Source: Terriglobia bacterium (GTDB lineage: Bacteria > Acidobacteriota > Terriglobia > 20CM-2-55-15). From it: a stretch of DNA of 64,000 bases. Each line of letters begins with the position of its first letter. Within the stretch, counting starts at the first letter, position 1. Position numbers and translations under genes: made by a program. Shown here piece after piece: positions 51,846 through 61,853 of this stretch. The notes under the pieces were generated by a model. That model ran no database searches and was not told the origin of the DNA. It saw only the letters and a list, made by a program, of their open reading frames with translations. The stretch is from NCBI GenBank assembly GCA_963664115.2, contig CAXWPJ010000010.1, positions 416,001-480,000 of the forward strand. Direction: 5' to 3'.

Positions 51846-52714
51846 GGCGCTTGACGCCTCGATCGCGCGCTATATTTTGAGTCCATTTCCGGCCGGATCG
51901 GAGAATCCCGTTGTGGCGCTGATGGCCCTCGATGCGCCCGTGCTTCTCTGGCTCGCGCATGGCTGGTATGCCGCCATGCCCGGTGTCGTGGTGGTGATCG
52001 GTGTGACGCTATTTTCCGGCGTATGGCGGGTTTGGTTCGAGGCGGCTCCAACGAAGAAACAGGGCAAGGGCGGGCTGCCGCCGTGGCCGGTTGCCGCATC
52101 GGACAAGAACCCGGCCATCGTCGTCGGGGAGACGCATCACCCGGTCGAGGCGCGGGAGGTCCCGAACCCGGAGTGGCTCGTGATCCCGGAACGTAATGCC
52201 CTCGTCGAGCTGCTCCCCGCCGACGACCGCATTGTTTCCATTGAGGAACACCTTGGAACTCCGCATTGACCGGAAAAACTGTGTTCGCTTCGAGGCGCGG
52301 GGGATTGACGGCGATTCGGTGACGATCCGCGACCTCGTCAGGCACGCGCTCCGGCATCGGCCCGACCACATTGTTGTCGGCGAGGTCCGGGGCGGCGAGG
52401 CCGCCGATCTCTTACAGGCGCTCAACACCGGGCACGGTGGCAGTCTGACGACGATCCACGCCAACAACGCCGAGTCGGCCCTGTCCCGGCTGGCGACTTG
52501 CGCCATGCAAGGCGAGACGGACTTGCCGTGGGAAGTCACCTGTAGGGGCGTCGTGGACGGGATCTCCATGGTGATTCACATGACGCGGCGCGAGGGAAAG
52601 CGCTACGTCGAAGAAGCCCTCCACGTCGGCGATTACGACGCCGCAAAGCGGCGCTGGCACTACAGGCCCGTTGTCTTCGCCGACCCCCAACTCAAACTGG
52701 CGCAGGTGCGGTGA
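51846..52714 (+). pseudogene. Fused relics of conjugation genes: coupling-protein-like fragment and TrbB/VirB11/CpaF ATPase C-terminus
   Basis: RIVSIEE and ALRHRPDHIVVGEVRGGEA...NTGHGGSLTTIHA, with Walker A missing. The upstream fragment reads VVGETHHP...WLVIPER. Confidence 0.7.
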
Positions 52715-52895
52715 TGTGGAACAACGCTGCCAGGACGATGACACAGATCAGATGGTGGTTCACATGACGCGGCGCGGCGGCGCGGCGCTTTGTGGAAGAG
52801 GCATTATTTGTGCGGAACTACAACACCGACAACAATTCATGGCAGACGGACCCGGTCTGGCCGGTAAAACATGATAAGGATACGGAGGCTTGCTA

Positions 52896-54046
52896 GTGGT
52901 CCCCGTTAAACAGACTGTAACTTATCAAGATTTCGCCGGCCGCGCTGGACTTTAGCAAGGATGTCGGAAGCCGTTGCAGTCCAGATGAAGGGTTTCGGGT
53001 CTTCATTGTGACGAGCGAGGTAGTCCTCCACGGCCTGGATCAACTCGGGGACCGAGCGGAAAACGCCACGCCGGAGTCGTTGCTCGGACAGATCCCGGAA
53101 AAAGCGCTCGACCATGTTGAGCCACGACGCACTGGTTGGCGTGAAGTGCACATGAAAACGCTTGTTACGCTTGAGCCAGTTGACGACTTTCTGATGTTTG
53201 TGAGTCGCATAGTTGTCGCAAATAATGTGGATCTCCTTATCTTTCGGCATGGCGCGTTTGATCTGATTCAGAAACCGGATCCATTCCTGATGGCGATGCT
53301 TTGGCATGCAGGTTCCGATGACCGAACCGTCCAGGATGTTGAGCGCGGCGAAAAGCGTGGTTGTCCCGTTACGTTTGTAATCGTGGGTCATGGTGCCACA
53401 CCGCCCCTTCTTCAGAGGTAACCCGGGTTGCGTGCGGTCCAGGGCCTGCATCTGGCTCTTCTCATCGCAGGACAAGACAATGGCGTTTTCCGGTGGGCTC
53501 AGATACAGACCGACCACATCCTCCAGCTTTTCGGCGAATCGTTTGTCGTTGGATAGTTTGAAGGTTCGTGACAGATGAGGCTTCAGTCCATGGACCCGCC
53601 AGATTTTCCCGACCGTGGACTCGCTCACGCCAACGGCCTTCGCCATCGAGGCCCGACTCCAGTGCGTCGCGTTCGGGGGCTTCTCTTCCAGTGTCTTCTT
53701 GACGATCCGGGCTCGCTTCCGGCGACTGATCGTGGGAATCCGTCCGCTTCGCGGCGCATCCTTTTCGATCCCAGCCAAGCCCTGTTCCACAAAACGATTG
53801 CGCCAGCGGCCCGCTTTCTGGCGCGTGATCTCCAAGCGGGCGGCGATCTCATAATTGTTCCGACCTTCAGCGGCCAGTAATACAATTCGGGATCGTTCCG
53901 CCAACCGGACCGATGTACTCCGGCTTCGACTCAGTCGCTCCAACTCCATCCGCTGCTTGTCATCCAATTCAATGGTCGGTGCTTTCCTCATTCTCTATTG
54001 GACGTTGGAAAGCTATTTTAGTTACATTACTTCGAGCGGGGTACAC
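52896..54046 (-). mobile_element. IS630 family element
   Basis: IRs GTGGTCCCCG and CGGGGTACAC; TA duplication within a CTAG target. Confidence 0.9.
52906..53991 (-). CDS. IS630 family transposase
   Basis: CDEKSQ, YKRNGT, CDNYATHK and SWLNMVERFF motifs. Confidence 0.95.
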   Translation of the reverse strand: MRKAPTIELDDKQRMELERLSRSRSTSVRLAERSRIVLLAAEGRNNYEIAARLEITRQKAGRWRNRFVEQGLAGIEKDAPRSGRIPTISRRKRARIVKKTLEEKPPNATHWSRASMAKAVGVSESTVGKIWRVHGLKPHLSRTFKLSNDKRFAEKLEDVVGLYLSPPENAIVLSCDEKSQMQALDRTQPGLPLKKGRCGTMTHDYKRNGTTTLFAALNILDGSVIGTCMPKHRHQEWIRFLNQIKRAMPKDKEIHIICDNYATHKHQKVVNWLKRNKRFHVHFTPTSASWLNMVERFFRDLSEQRLRRGVFRSVPELIQAVEDYLARHNEDPKPFIWTATASDILAKVQRGRRNLDKLQSV

Positions 54047-54052
54047 TAGGAC

Positions 54053-54982
54053 ATGAACGCTAAATCAAAATCTGCGTTCTCCCCGGTGACGCCTCAGGCA
54101 CGGCACCACTTCACCCGCTTCGATCAGGTCGACCAGCTTATAGGGGCCAGCGAAGCGGACCCGGAAATGGGCTTCATGACGCGGTTGATGGCGCTGTGCT
54201 CCATGCCTCGCACTAACCCCGGCGACCGGCTCCAGTACAAGCGCGTCAACGGCCCTTACACGCTCATCATGTACTCAAGCGGTCAGTACAAGCTCCCATT
54301 CGGCAACATTCCCAGGTTGCTGCTTGCCTGGGTTTGCACCGAAGCGGTCCGGACCCAAAGCCGCGAGCTGGTTCTGGGTCGTTCCCTTTCCAAGTTCATG
54401 CGGACACTAGGAATCAACAGCGATAGCGGCGGCGTTCGCGGCGAGCAAACCAGGCTTCGCAATCAGATGAAGCGGCTCTTTAGTTGCGCCGTTTCGCTGA
54501 TCTACAAAAACGGGGAAGGCGAAGCCGCTGTAAACTCGCCGATCGCAAGGCGCACCGAGTTTTGGTGGAACGAACGCAAACCCGACCACCCGGTGCTGTG
54601 GGAAAGCAAGATTGAGCTTGGCGAGGATTTTTTCAACGAAATCATCCAGCACCCCGTACCGATTGATATGAACACCCTCACAGCGCTCAAACGTTCTTCG
54701 CTCGGCCTCGACCTCTATCTCTGGCTGGTCTACCGCACCTTCGCCCTCCGCGCGCCCCTCCGCCTCACCTGGCGGCACCTCTACCGCCAGTTCGGGGCAG
54801 ACCCGGTTCAAGCGGGCGACAAGAACATCGTGAACGCCTTTCGAACAAAGTGCCTCCGGGAGTTGAAAAAGATCAAACTCGCCTGGCCGGACCTGAACTA
54901 CTCCACCGCTCCGGGCATGCTAATTCTCTCGCCCTCCGCTCCCGCCGTGCCGCCTTCGGATCAGCGGCAGATCGCAAGCTAG
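54053..54982 (+). CDS. repA: Plasmid replication protein, RepA_C-like
   Basis: MGFMTRLMALCSMP, LPFGNIPRLLLAW, RLRNQMKRLF, HPVPID and LDLYLWLVYR motifs. Confidence 0.85.
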   Translation: MNAKSKSAFSPVTPQARHHFTRFDQVDQLIGASEADPEMGFMTRLMALCSMPRTNPGDRLQYKRVNGPYTLIMYSSGQYKLPFGNIPRLLLAWVCTEAVRTQSRELVLGRSLSKFMRTLGINSDSGGVRGEQTRLRNQMKRLFSCAVSLIYKNGEGEAAVNSPIARRTEFWWNERKPDHPVLWESKIELGEDFFNEIIQHPVPIDMNTLTALKRSSLGLDLYLWLVYRTFALRAPLRLTWRHLYRQFGADPVQAGDKNIVNAFRTKCLRELKKIKLAWPDLNYSTAPGMLILSPSAPAVPPSDQRQIAS

Positions 54983-55028
54983 GACGCAAATAACACAGCT
55001 GAGAGCCTCTTACGTTCCCCCTACTAGA

Positions 55029-56875
55029 CCCAAAACAAGCGCATAACCAGTCCGCCGAGGCCCAGTTCGCGCCGATAGAATTCGAGGCATAGAATCCCGT
55101 TCCCGGATGGCCTGTTCCAGGTATCGAGTTTCTGTTGAATCTGTTTCAGTTCAGCCTCGCTGGTGTTGGACGGTTGACAGAAACCGGGACCTCGATCGCC
55201 CGGGCTCAGAGTCATGATCGGGTCAACATCGCAGAGGCTGACGCAACACATCCACCCCGCGGAACAAGACCGGCAACCACCGGTTCCAGGCCAGGATCCG
55301 GAACAGAATGCGCCGCCCGGTGCGCACGAGTTGGCACGGCACAAGCATGAAAGCGTTCAAGAAGGTTTTGAACTCCATGCGCAGCACGGTTTGCTTCTCA
55401 GCCTGATATTTTTGGCCCCAACGTCCGGTTTCGGGAAGCAGCAATGCAAACCACGCTTTCAGTGTCCAGGCCAGTGACGCGATCACCATGTAGGCCCAGT
55501 TGCTGGTCTGATCTCCGACCGGCATCCGCAACGCCTGAACGCCGTTCTTCAACTGCTCAATGAGATTCTCCTGATTGCACCGTTGATTGGCACGCATCAC
55601 AATCTGGTCGGCCGGATCCGAACGGTTGGTAATGTAGAAGAAGTACCGGATGTCGTCAAACAACACCTGCTCTCCTTTGGCCACCGACAGATTCTTCCGC
55701 ACCACGACGACACGGTAGTCCCGATCGCAGACTCCGGGTCGATACCGAAACTCGGCCACATCCTCACCCTGCAAGCGGATATTGTCGAAACCGCGCTGCC
55801 GAACGATCTCTTCCTTCACGTTGTCGGGACGTTGGCGCGGTTCGGTCGCCACGTCGTATTTCGCGGGCCGTTCCAGGCGCTTCCACTGGCGCGGCTCCAG
55901 TTCATCGGCCCGGGCCTTCAGGTTCGCCATCGCGTCAATCCCGAATATGAAACCCACCTGCTGGTCGTCCCATCCGTCCAGATGCCGGGTCTGGCTGAAG
56001 TCCGTGTCCCCGCGCAGCAGGATCTGGCGAAACCCCGCATGCCGGCACAATGCGATGGCTTGGTCGAACCGGACCGCGGCTCCTTCATGCGACGGCCGGT
56101 TGCCGCTACGATTGACCAGATACAGCGGTTCGGCGGTGTTGGCCAGCGAGATCATCAGCGGGTGATATCCCCACGTCCCGTCGTAGGCCACGTCCATCCC
56201 TTGCTTGCATTCCCCCGTGGTTTCGGCCAGTGTCCCGTCCGCGTCCAACACCGCTTCTTCGAAAAACGCCGCCGGTTGCTGTCGCCAGACTCCGAGCCGG
56301 ACTTGATTGGTTGCCTCCATCAGACACTCCACGTCGTCGGCCTCGAATCTCCGGCAGAAGTCTCCCGCCGTCGTCGGATCCGGAATCCGTTGCGCTCCCA
56401 GCGCATCCAGATACACCGCATCGTTGCGCCGCAGTTCGATGTCTTCCAGGCACGTTCCTCCGCTCAAGGCGTTGTAGGCGATGTTCAGCACGTGATCCGG
56501 CTCGTGATACGGCAGGTGCCGCTTCAACACATGCACGCCCTTGTCGATGGCTTCGATCAGCCCGGTCCGCCGCGCCACCAGTTGCATCGTCCCGATACCA
56601 CCAACCGATGTGCCCCGCGTCCGCTCTCCCATCTCGTACTGAATGTTGCTCGCCGAAAACATCGGCTCTACCTGATCCGTCCAATGCCGGTCCCCAAGCC
56701 GACGTTCGATTCGCCGCTTGCGGTTCCTCATGTTCTTGCGCGTATAATCGTTCATCTGAAATGCCTCCTTTTCCGAAGAATCTGTTCAAGGTTTTTTTCG
56801 CACGGAGAGGGGGCATTTCGGGTACTTCCGCTCTTATTGCACTATCATTTCCTCGTCAATCACCCTTGTTCAGGG
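55029..56875 (-). mobile_element. IS1380 family element, copy 5 (non-matching flanks, three substitutions seen)
   Basis: Flanks are ACTAGA and ACTAGT. The protein has YHEP and RPGV variants, and there is one change in the left IR. Confidence 0.95.
55223..56755 (-). CDS. IS1380 family transposase
   Basis: 510 aa, two substitutions relative to copy 1. Confidence 0.93.
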   Translation of the reverse strand: MNDYTRKNMRNRKRRIERRLGDRHWTDQVEPMFSASNIQYEMGERTRGTSVGGIGTMQLVARRTGLIEAIDKGVHVLKRHLPYHEPDHVLNIAYNALSGGTCLEDIELRRNDAVYLDALGAQRIPDPTTAGDFCRRFEADDVECLMEATNQVRLGVWRQQPAAFFEEAVLDADGTLAETTGECKQGMDVAYDGTWGYHPLMISLANTAEPLYLVNRSGNRPSHEGAAVRFDQAIALCRHAGFRQILLRGDTDFSQTRHLDGWDDQQVGFIFGIDAMANLKARADELEPRQWKRLERPAKYDVATEPRQRPDNVKEEIVRQRGFDNIRLQGEDVAEFRYRPGVCDRDYRVVVVRKNLSVAKGEQVLFDDIRYFFYITNRSDPADQIVMRANQRCNQENLIEQLKNGVQALRMPVGDQTSNWAYMVIASLAWTLKAWFALLLPETGRWGQKYQAEKQTVLRMEFKTFLNAFMLVPCQLVRTGRRILFRILAWNRWLPVLFRGVDVLRQPLRC

Positions 56876-56876
56876 A

Positions 56877-57039
56877 CTAGTTGCGGACCAACAGCGAGTT
56901 GAGCAAAACCATCCGCCAATTCATCCGTGTAGCGATTGGCTTGTTCCAACCCCCACTCTTCGAGCGTATAGAGCCAGATGGCTTCAACGTCACGCCTGGC
57001 TTCCGGCGTTAATCGATATTCAGCGGACTTTTTTGGCAT
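56877..57039 (-). pseudogene. parE: ParE/RelE family toxin, 5' half only
   Basis: MPKKSAEYRLTPEARRDVEAIWLYTLEEWGLEQANRY..., cut by IS1380 copy 5. Confidence 0.85.
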
Positions 57040-57289
57040 GTTTGGCGGCCATTTGTTCTTTGAACAGGTCGCCGTCGAACGCCTGTGGTTGCCCGCTTTC
57101 TTCGCCCTTGATCAACTCCCCCCGGATCGCATGAATCTCGAACTGGTTGGCTTGGTCACGGCGGATCAAATCGCGGATATATTCGCTGTCATTGGTGAAG
57201 TCGCCGCCATCGATCTGCGCCTTGATCCATTTATCTTGTTGTTCAGTCACGGTGATGGTCTTGCGCGTAGTCCCCATTTTGGCCTCCAA
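57020..57289 (-). CDS. parD: ParD family (RHH) antitoxin
   Basis: RKTITVTEQQDKWIKAQIDGGDFTNDSEYIRDLIRRD...LIKGEESG; overlaps the parE start. Confidence 0.88.
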   Translation of the reverse strand: MEAKMGTTRKTITVTEQQDKWIKAQIDGGDFTNDSEYIRDLIRRDQANQFEIHAIRGELIKGEESGQPQAFDGDLFKEQMAAKHAKKVR

Positions 57290-58189
57290 CGAGCGTATGA
57301 AAAAATCGTACCATTGATGCAGTATGGATAAAAGGCAGTGCTTCGTCTTCTATCTGAGGTGCATGGGAGAAGGAAGCCCAATGCAGAAAAAACGGGCAGA
57401 GATGGCTCCTAACGGGGAAGCCCTCGCGATCTGGAGCGGTCCTGGCCGACAATCCGCGACCCGTCGCCCCAGGAGCGGCACTACTTCACCTAGGCTGATC
57501 AGGTGCACTAACTGGTTAGTGTCAGCGAAGCGGACGCGAATGACAGCTCCGATGGATAATCCAGAGCACCAGGAGTACCGGGACCCCGGCGCGCCGGAAA
57601 AGAACCAGACAAGATAACGTGAGTGGCAGACGTTCTGAGGCGAGCCAGGTCTGGCGCGAGGTTCGCCGCCACCATCGCTCATGGCTGATCGGCGACAATC
57701 GAAATTGCCAGTCGACATCTATGCCCCGCGGGATGTCGGGGATTCATGGAAGTCCATGAATCCACTCAAATTGGTCAGGCAGTGGAGATACTTCTTTTTT
57801 TACTCCACGTAAGGGAGCGATCCGGCATTATATGATTTTCTGGAGATTGAGGCGGGAATTGGCCATGAACGATAAAGGACATTATCATTCAAATGATATG
57901 GACACTGATCCATCCAAGGATCCGGCGGTCACCAAGAGCACCATCGAGTTCTTCACGGTCAAATATCCGGAACCCGCACACAACCCGTTGCCGTCGACTA
58001 GCATAAGCCCTGCGTCTTGGAAGGGCGGAGCCGCTCGCGGAAGTTTTAGTCGGTCGTCGTTGAGTTGCGTGATAACTGATGGATGGTTCCCGGTTGTGCT
58101 CGATGACACCTGCTACTTCATGCCCTCATGGACCCTTGGGAATCGGATGGACTCGCGGGAATTGGTGTTGCCACCGTCGCGTCCCTCTG

Positions 58190-58516
58190 CTATCGATTTA
58201 GTCTTTCTTCCTCAAGTGGAGCGACCTCGGGCCTACCGTTCTTGGCAAAGAGATCGTTCAGCGCCTCGGCGAGCAAATTCTGAATAGTCGTGTCATACTC
58301 GGCCGCGAGAAGCCGCAACTGCCTTTTCACCTCAGGAGGAAAGTAGCCCGTGACGTTGCTTTTCCCTTCCCTGCCCGGCCTAAAATGAAGTCGCCGAGAT
58401 TCCGTCGTCGCGGCAAGTTCGGCGGGCGGCTCTACCGCCCTCGCGTTGTGCGTCGCGGCCGCTGCTCGCGCACCGCTAAGCATGGCTTGTCGTAAGTCGG
58501 CGGGCCGCTTTGCCAT
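58190..58516 (-). CDS. Ribbon-helix-helix partition partner (ParG-like)
   Basis: REGKSNVTGYFPPEVKRQLRLLAAE...LLAEALNDLFAK; overlaps the parA stop. Confidence 0.8.
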   Translation of the reverse strand: MAKRPADLRQAMLSGARAAAATHNARAVEPPAELAATTESRRLHFRPGREGKSNVTGYFPPEVKRQLRLLAAEYDTTIQNLLAEALNDLFAKNGRPEVAPLEEERLNR

Positions 58517-59162
58517 CGGTTCGTTCTCCTTCCTTAGTTAAAGAGTTTATGAGTTTACTCATAAACTTATAAACACGTTTGGTCTCATCAGCAGCCTTTC
58601 CCCGCGGCTCGTATTCTTGGGCGTTAAGACCAAGCGCCCCGGCGTGGTCGAACGCAGCGCGGTAGCCACAGGCCGTCGGACACACCAAAAGACCCATGGA
58701 TTTAAGAATCTCTGTCGCCTGCTCTCGCTTTGGACCACGCGCGGGCACGCCGTTGAGCACGACGACGACGGGCTTATCACCGGCGAACCGGACGAGTTCA
58801 ACCGTCGTGGCGACCGTCTCGAGGTCATAGATTGCGGGGCGGCAGGGAATGAGAATAAGTTTGGCCGCTTTCGCGGCCGCCATGGCGGCTTGCTCCGCCC
58901 GCGGCGGCGTATCGATCAAAAGCAGATCGGCACTCTGTTCTCTAGCCGCATCGAGAACGTGCCCAAGCCGTGCCGGTTGAGCCGAGACGACCACGGGCGA
59001 AGCGGCCTCACGGCGATCGCCCCAGTTGCTCGCACTCGCCTGCGGGTCAAGGTCGACGATGGCGGCCGTGCCCCCTGCGCGCTCGGCGGCGACGGCCAAG
59101 GATACAGCCAGTGTGGTTTTCCCGGTTCCGCCCTTCTGGGCGATGATGGCGACACTGTCCAT
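58476..59162 (-). CDS. parA: ParA family partition ATPase (type Ib)
   Basis: QKGGTGKTT, DLDPQAS and IDTPP motifs; no N-terminal HTH. Confidence 0.93.
   Translation of the reverse strand: MDSVAIIAQKGGTGKTTLAVSLAVAAERAGGTAAIVDLDPQASASNWGDRREAASPVVVSAQPARLGHVLDAAREQSADLLLIDTPPRAEQAAMAAAKAAKLILIPCRPAIYDLETVATTVELVRFAGDKPVVVVLNGVPARGPKREQATEILKSMGLLVCPTACGYRAAFDHAGALGLNAQEYEPRGKAADETKRVYKFMSKLINSLTKEGERTDGKAARRLTTSHA
58542..58574. promoter_or_regulatory. Palindromic octamer-repeat site (parS/operator-like), copy inside parA 3' end
   Basis: AGAGTTTATGAGTTTACTCATAAACTTATAAAC contains the perfect IR GTTTATGAGT-TT-ACTCATAAAC. Confidence 0.6.
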
Positions 59163-59187
59163 GCGAGGTCACACCTTTACTAGTATT

Positions 59188-59222
59188 AGAGTTTACGAGT
59201 TTACTCATGAACTTATCAACTC
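59188..59222. promoter_or_regulatory. Palindromic octamer-repeat site (parS/operator-like), copy upstream of parA
   Basis: AGAGTTTACGAGTTTACTCATGAACTTATCAACTC. Confidence 0.6.
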
Positions 59223-59377
59223 TTGAAGTAGTGGTCTCTCGAAGTATGCTGCCGTGTCAGAGGCCGGATCAATGGGGAAGGGCAGTGCTTATCTCCAAGG
59301 ATAGCGGCGGTAATGGCCTCCGATGCCTTTATTTGTACGGGTTCGGAAGCAATAGAGGCGCTGTGGAGGTCAACACC

Positions 59378-59555
59378 CAGGGGGTGACAAACAGAACTAG
59401 CCATTTTCAGCTCTCTTTCAACGGTCTTCTCAAGATCGACTTCCAAGGATCGCGGATCACCTCGGACGGTAGTTTGGTTCTCGTCCGGGAGTTGGACGAG
59501 CGCCTGGGGCTGGGGTGAACTCATTGGGGAGCACCTGATGGATCACCGACGACTG
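59378..59555 (+). pseudogene. Fragment of a second IS1380-family transposase
   Basis: FQLSFNGLLKIDFQGSRITSDGSLVLVRELDERLGL. Confidence 0.7.
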
Positions 59556-59559
59556 AACA

Positions 59560-59818
59560 GTCGGCTCCAACGCTTTTCTCAGGTTTCGGCATAGCGAATG
59601 ACCCAACGCACAATCGTGGTGTGCGAAATCGATAAACCCCGCTCACTTTAAATCGCGACCCGATCTCGGTAACTTAGTTTGAAGCGAAAATACCAGCGCA
59701 GGCAGAGCAGAATGATGTCGTCTTCGAACCAACGTCCAGCAAATAGAGGATTCCGTTCAGTTTTGCGATGCGCCATATCCCATTATCGCCAATTCTCTTC
59801 GCTATCTGCACCAGAACC
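59560..59818 (-). pseudogene. IS6 family remnant
   Basis: IR GGTTCTGGTGCAGAT at 59818; FAGRWFEDDIILLCLRWYFRFKLSYRD...HTTIVRWV with a stop codon. Confidence 0.8.
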
Positions 59819-60036
59819 CTTCGAATCTCCCGTTGATCTTGCTTCGTCGATACAGCCTCCTTCTGGTGGAAAACTCCGAATAAGGCTGTCCGAGGTGCAG
59901 GTCACCACTGAACAGTCCCTGAACGCGTTGACGTTGAGGGTGGACCGGATCCTGGGAGCAGACGGCGCGCTGTAGGGGGCGGTCTGTGGACCGCCCAATC
60001 CCCCCGGAGGCAGGCGCTCATCGAGCGCACCCATGC

Positions 60037-60547
60037 TTACTCCAGCACGCCCGACAGATCGTAGGCCGCCACCTGGTTCTCGTTCATGTGCGGCAGGATC
60101 GCCATGCGGTTGGCGGCAACGTAGGCGTGGTCGGCGGTTCCTGGCATGAACTGGGACCAGATCGCTATAGGTCCCGTCGGGGGCCACGCGGATGACCTTC
60201 CCTGCCAGATAGTCCGTGATGATCCATCCCCAGCTGCCGTCGCTCTCGACGCCGTCGATGTTCCCAAACGGTTCGGGTGTGATCAGCGTCTTTTCCGCAG
60301 TTTCCAGATCCAGTGCATAAAGCCGCCCTGGCACTTCTGTCGAGAAGGCTGCCGCCGGCTCGCCCCAGGCGCCCACGATCAGGCGGCCGCCGTCGACGAG
60401 CAGACCATTTGGAAACTCCAGGTCGTCGCCTTCCGCGAAGACCGAGACTTCACCGTCCTCGATTCGGTAGATCCGGTTGGCCATGAAGTCGGAAACATAG
60501 ATCGAACCGCCCTCGCCCGCGGCGACGTCGTTCAGGAACAATGCCAT
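60037..60547 (-). pseudogene. SMP-30/gluconolactonase-like beta-propeller fragment
   Basis: FLNDVAA...IYVSD, PNGL and GNIDGV motifs; N-terminus missing and a frameshift near 60150. Confidence 0.7.
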
Positions 60548-60553
60548 CAGGGT

Positions 60554-61027
60554 CTATTCTGGCGGGGCAGGCAGGGGGGCGTGTTCCGCAATGATGGCTC
60601 TCGCCTGTTTCGTTAGAAGTTCTTTCTCCTTGGGCGTAAAGCGCCTCTCTCCGCTGACCCACTTGCTCATCCGATGGGTTTTGAGTTCGGTGATAAACAT
60701 CTTCTCACCACGCAGTGTGATTGAGATGCCGCCAGCAATCGCAATCGCCTCCTGGCACTCTTTGATGGCGATCATTGGCGGGGTGCGAAAGCGGTTTCTG
60801 AACGCTTCGTCTTCCGCAATGATGGCCCGCGCCTGCGTCGTTAGAAGTTCTTTCTCCTTGGGCGTAAAGCGCCTATCTCCGCTAACCCATTGTTTATCTA
60901 TGACTCTAAGATCGGTGATGAGCATCTGTTCGCCACCCAGTGTCACGGTCATGCCCAGAGTTGTCATGTCCCTGCCACGAGCAATCTGAATTGCCCATCG
61001 GCAATCACTGATGGATCTCTTCGCCAT
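60554..61027 (-). CDS. Hypothetical protein with an internal tandem repeat
   Basis: AAGGAG RBS; two copies of TLxGExMxITxL...WVSGxRRFTPKEKELLTxQARAIIAE. Confidence 0.65.
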   Translation of the reverse strand: MAKRSISDCRWAIQIARGRDMTTLGMTVTLGGEQMLITDLRVIDKQWVSGDRRFTPKEKELLTTQARAIIAEDEAFRNRFRTPPMIAIKECQEAIAIAGGISITLRGEKMFITELKTHRMSKWVSGERRFTPKEKELLTKQARAIIAEHAPLPAPPE

Positions 61028-61853
61028 GCGCTCCTTCCACCTGTAGTTCTTCCCGGCCTCGGCGTCCAGACCGGACTGGCCACCCGCGCCGGTCGCTGAA
61101 ACCCCCGGTTTCCCCCTTATAAGAGCTTCCTCCCGCTTCAGAATCGTCTCTGAGCGGGAATCATCACTTCACTGGGTGCGTCCCCGAGACGCTCAGGCGC
61201 TGTCGCTGACCCTTTCGGTGGGAATGATCCCGCCGCAATAGGTGCAGGTTTGGGCTTGCTCGATCCGCTCCGTGTAAGCCCACTCAGTCGCGAAGTCACT
61301 TCGTGGAGGGTGTCTCAGCACCGGACTGTCGTTCTCGATAACATCCCCGGCTACGCATTCCCGGTGCCGGAGTTCACTCTTGCCTTCAATCGTCCGAACT
61401 ACCACCCCGTCAAGCTGCATAGGCTCCCATTTATCCGTGCCGTATCAGATTACCCCCTCCACAAACTCCTCAGAGGCGGTGACAGGAGAGTTTTCCGTAG
61501 GTGTTCCAGCCACCCGGATCCGCCCCAACGCTACACCCATCATCTTCATCGAGTGCGCGGGCGGGGCCCGCTGCAAAGTCGATTCCCGGTCCTGTATTGT
61601 CCTGAAAGGGGACAACCGGCGCAGCCGGATAGAAACGATGATCGGCCGTTGGGATACCAATGGAAACGAACGGATTTCGTGCGCCGATCCGCACGTGCGT
61701 CGGGACATTTCCCGGGATCGAGCGAAAGACCCCACCTCAGATTGCGCTGTACCGCCCTTTCGCAACCCACCCCATGGCAGAGCCTGCTGAAAGATCCTGC
61801 GCGGTGATCGTTTCTGAAGGCTCGTACCGTCCTCTCGCCGTCACGGGCGTTCA

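Noticed and set aside
40630-56881. ACTAGT left of copy 3 and right of copy 5 as one original TSD
   Set aside because: Only two positions are free given the CTAG preference. Joining these flanks would not restore parE, so the match is likely chance.
57324-58190. Short ORFs between parD and the RHH gene
   Set aside because: No recognisable motifs, and the coding strand cannot be decided.
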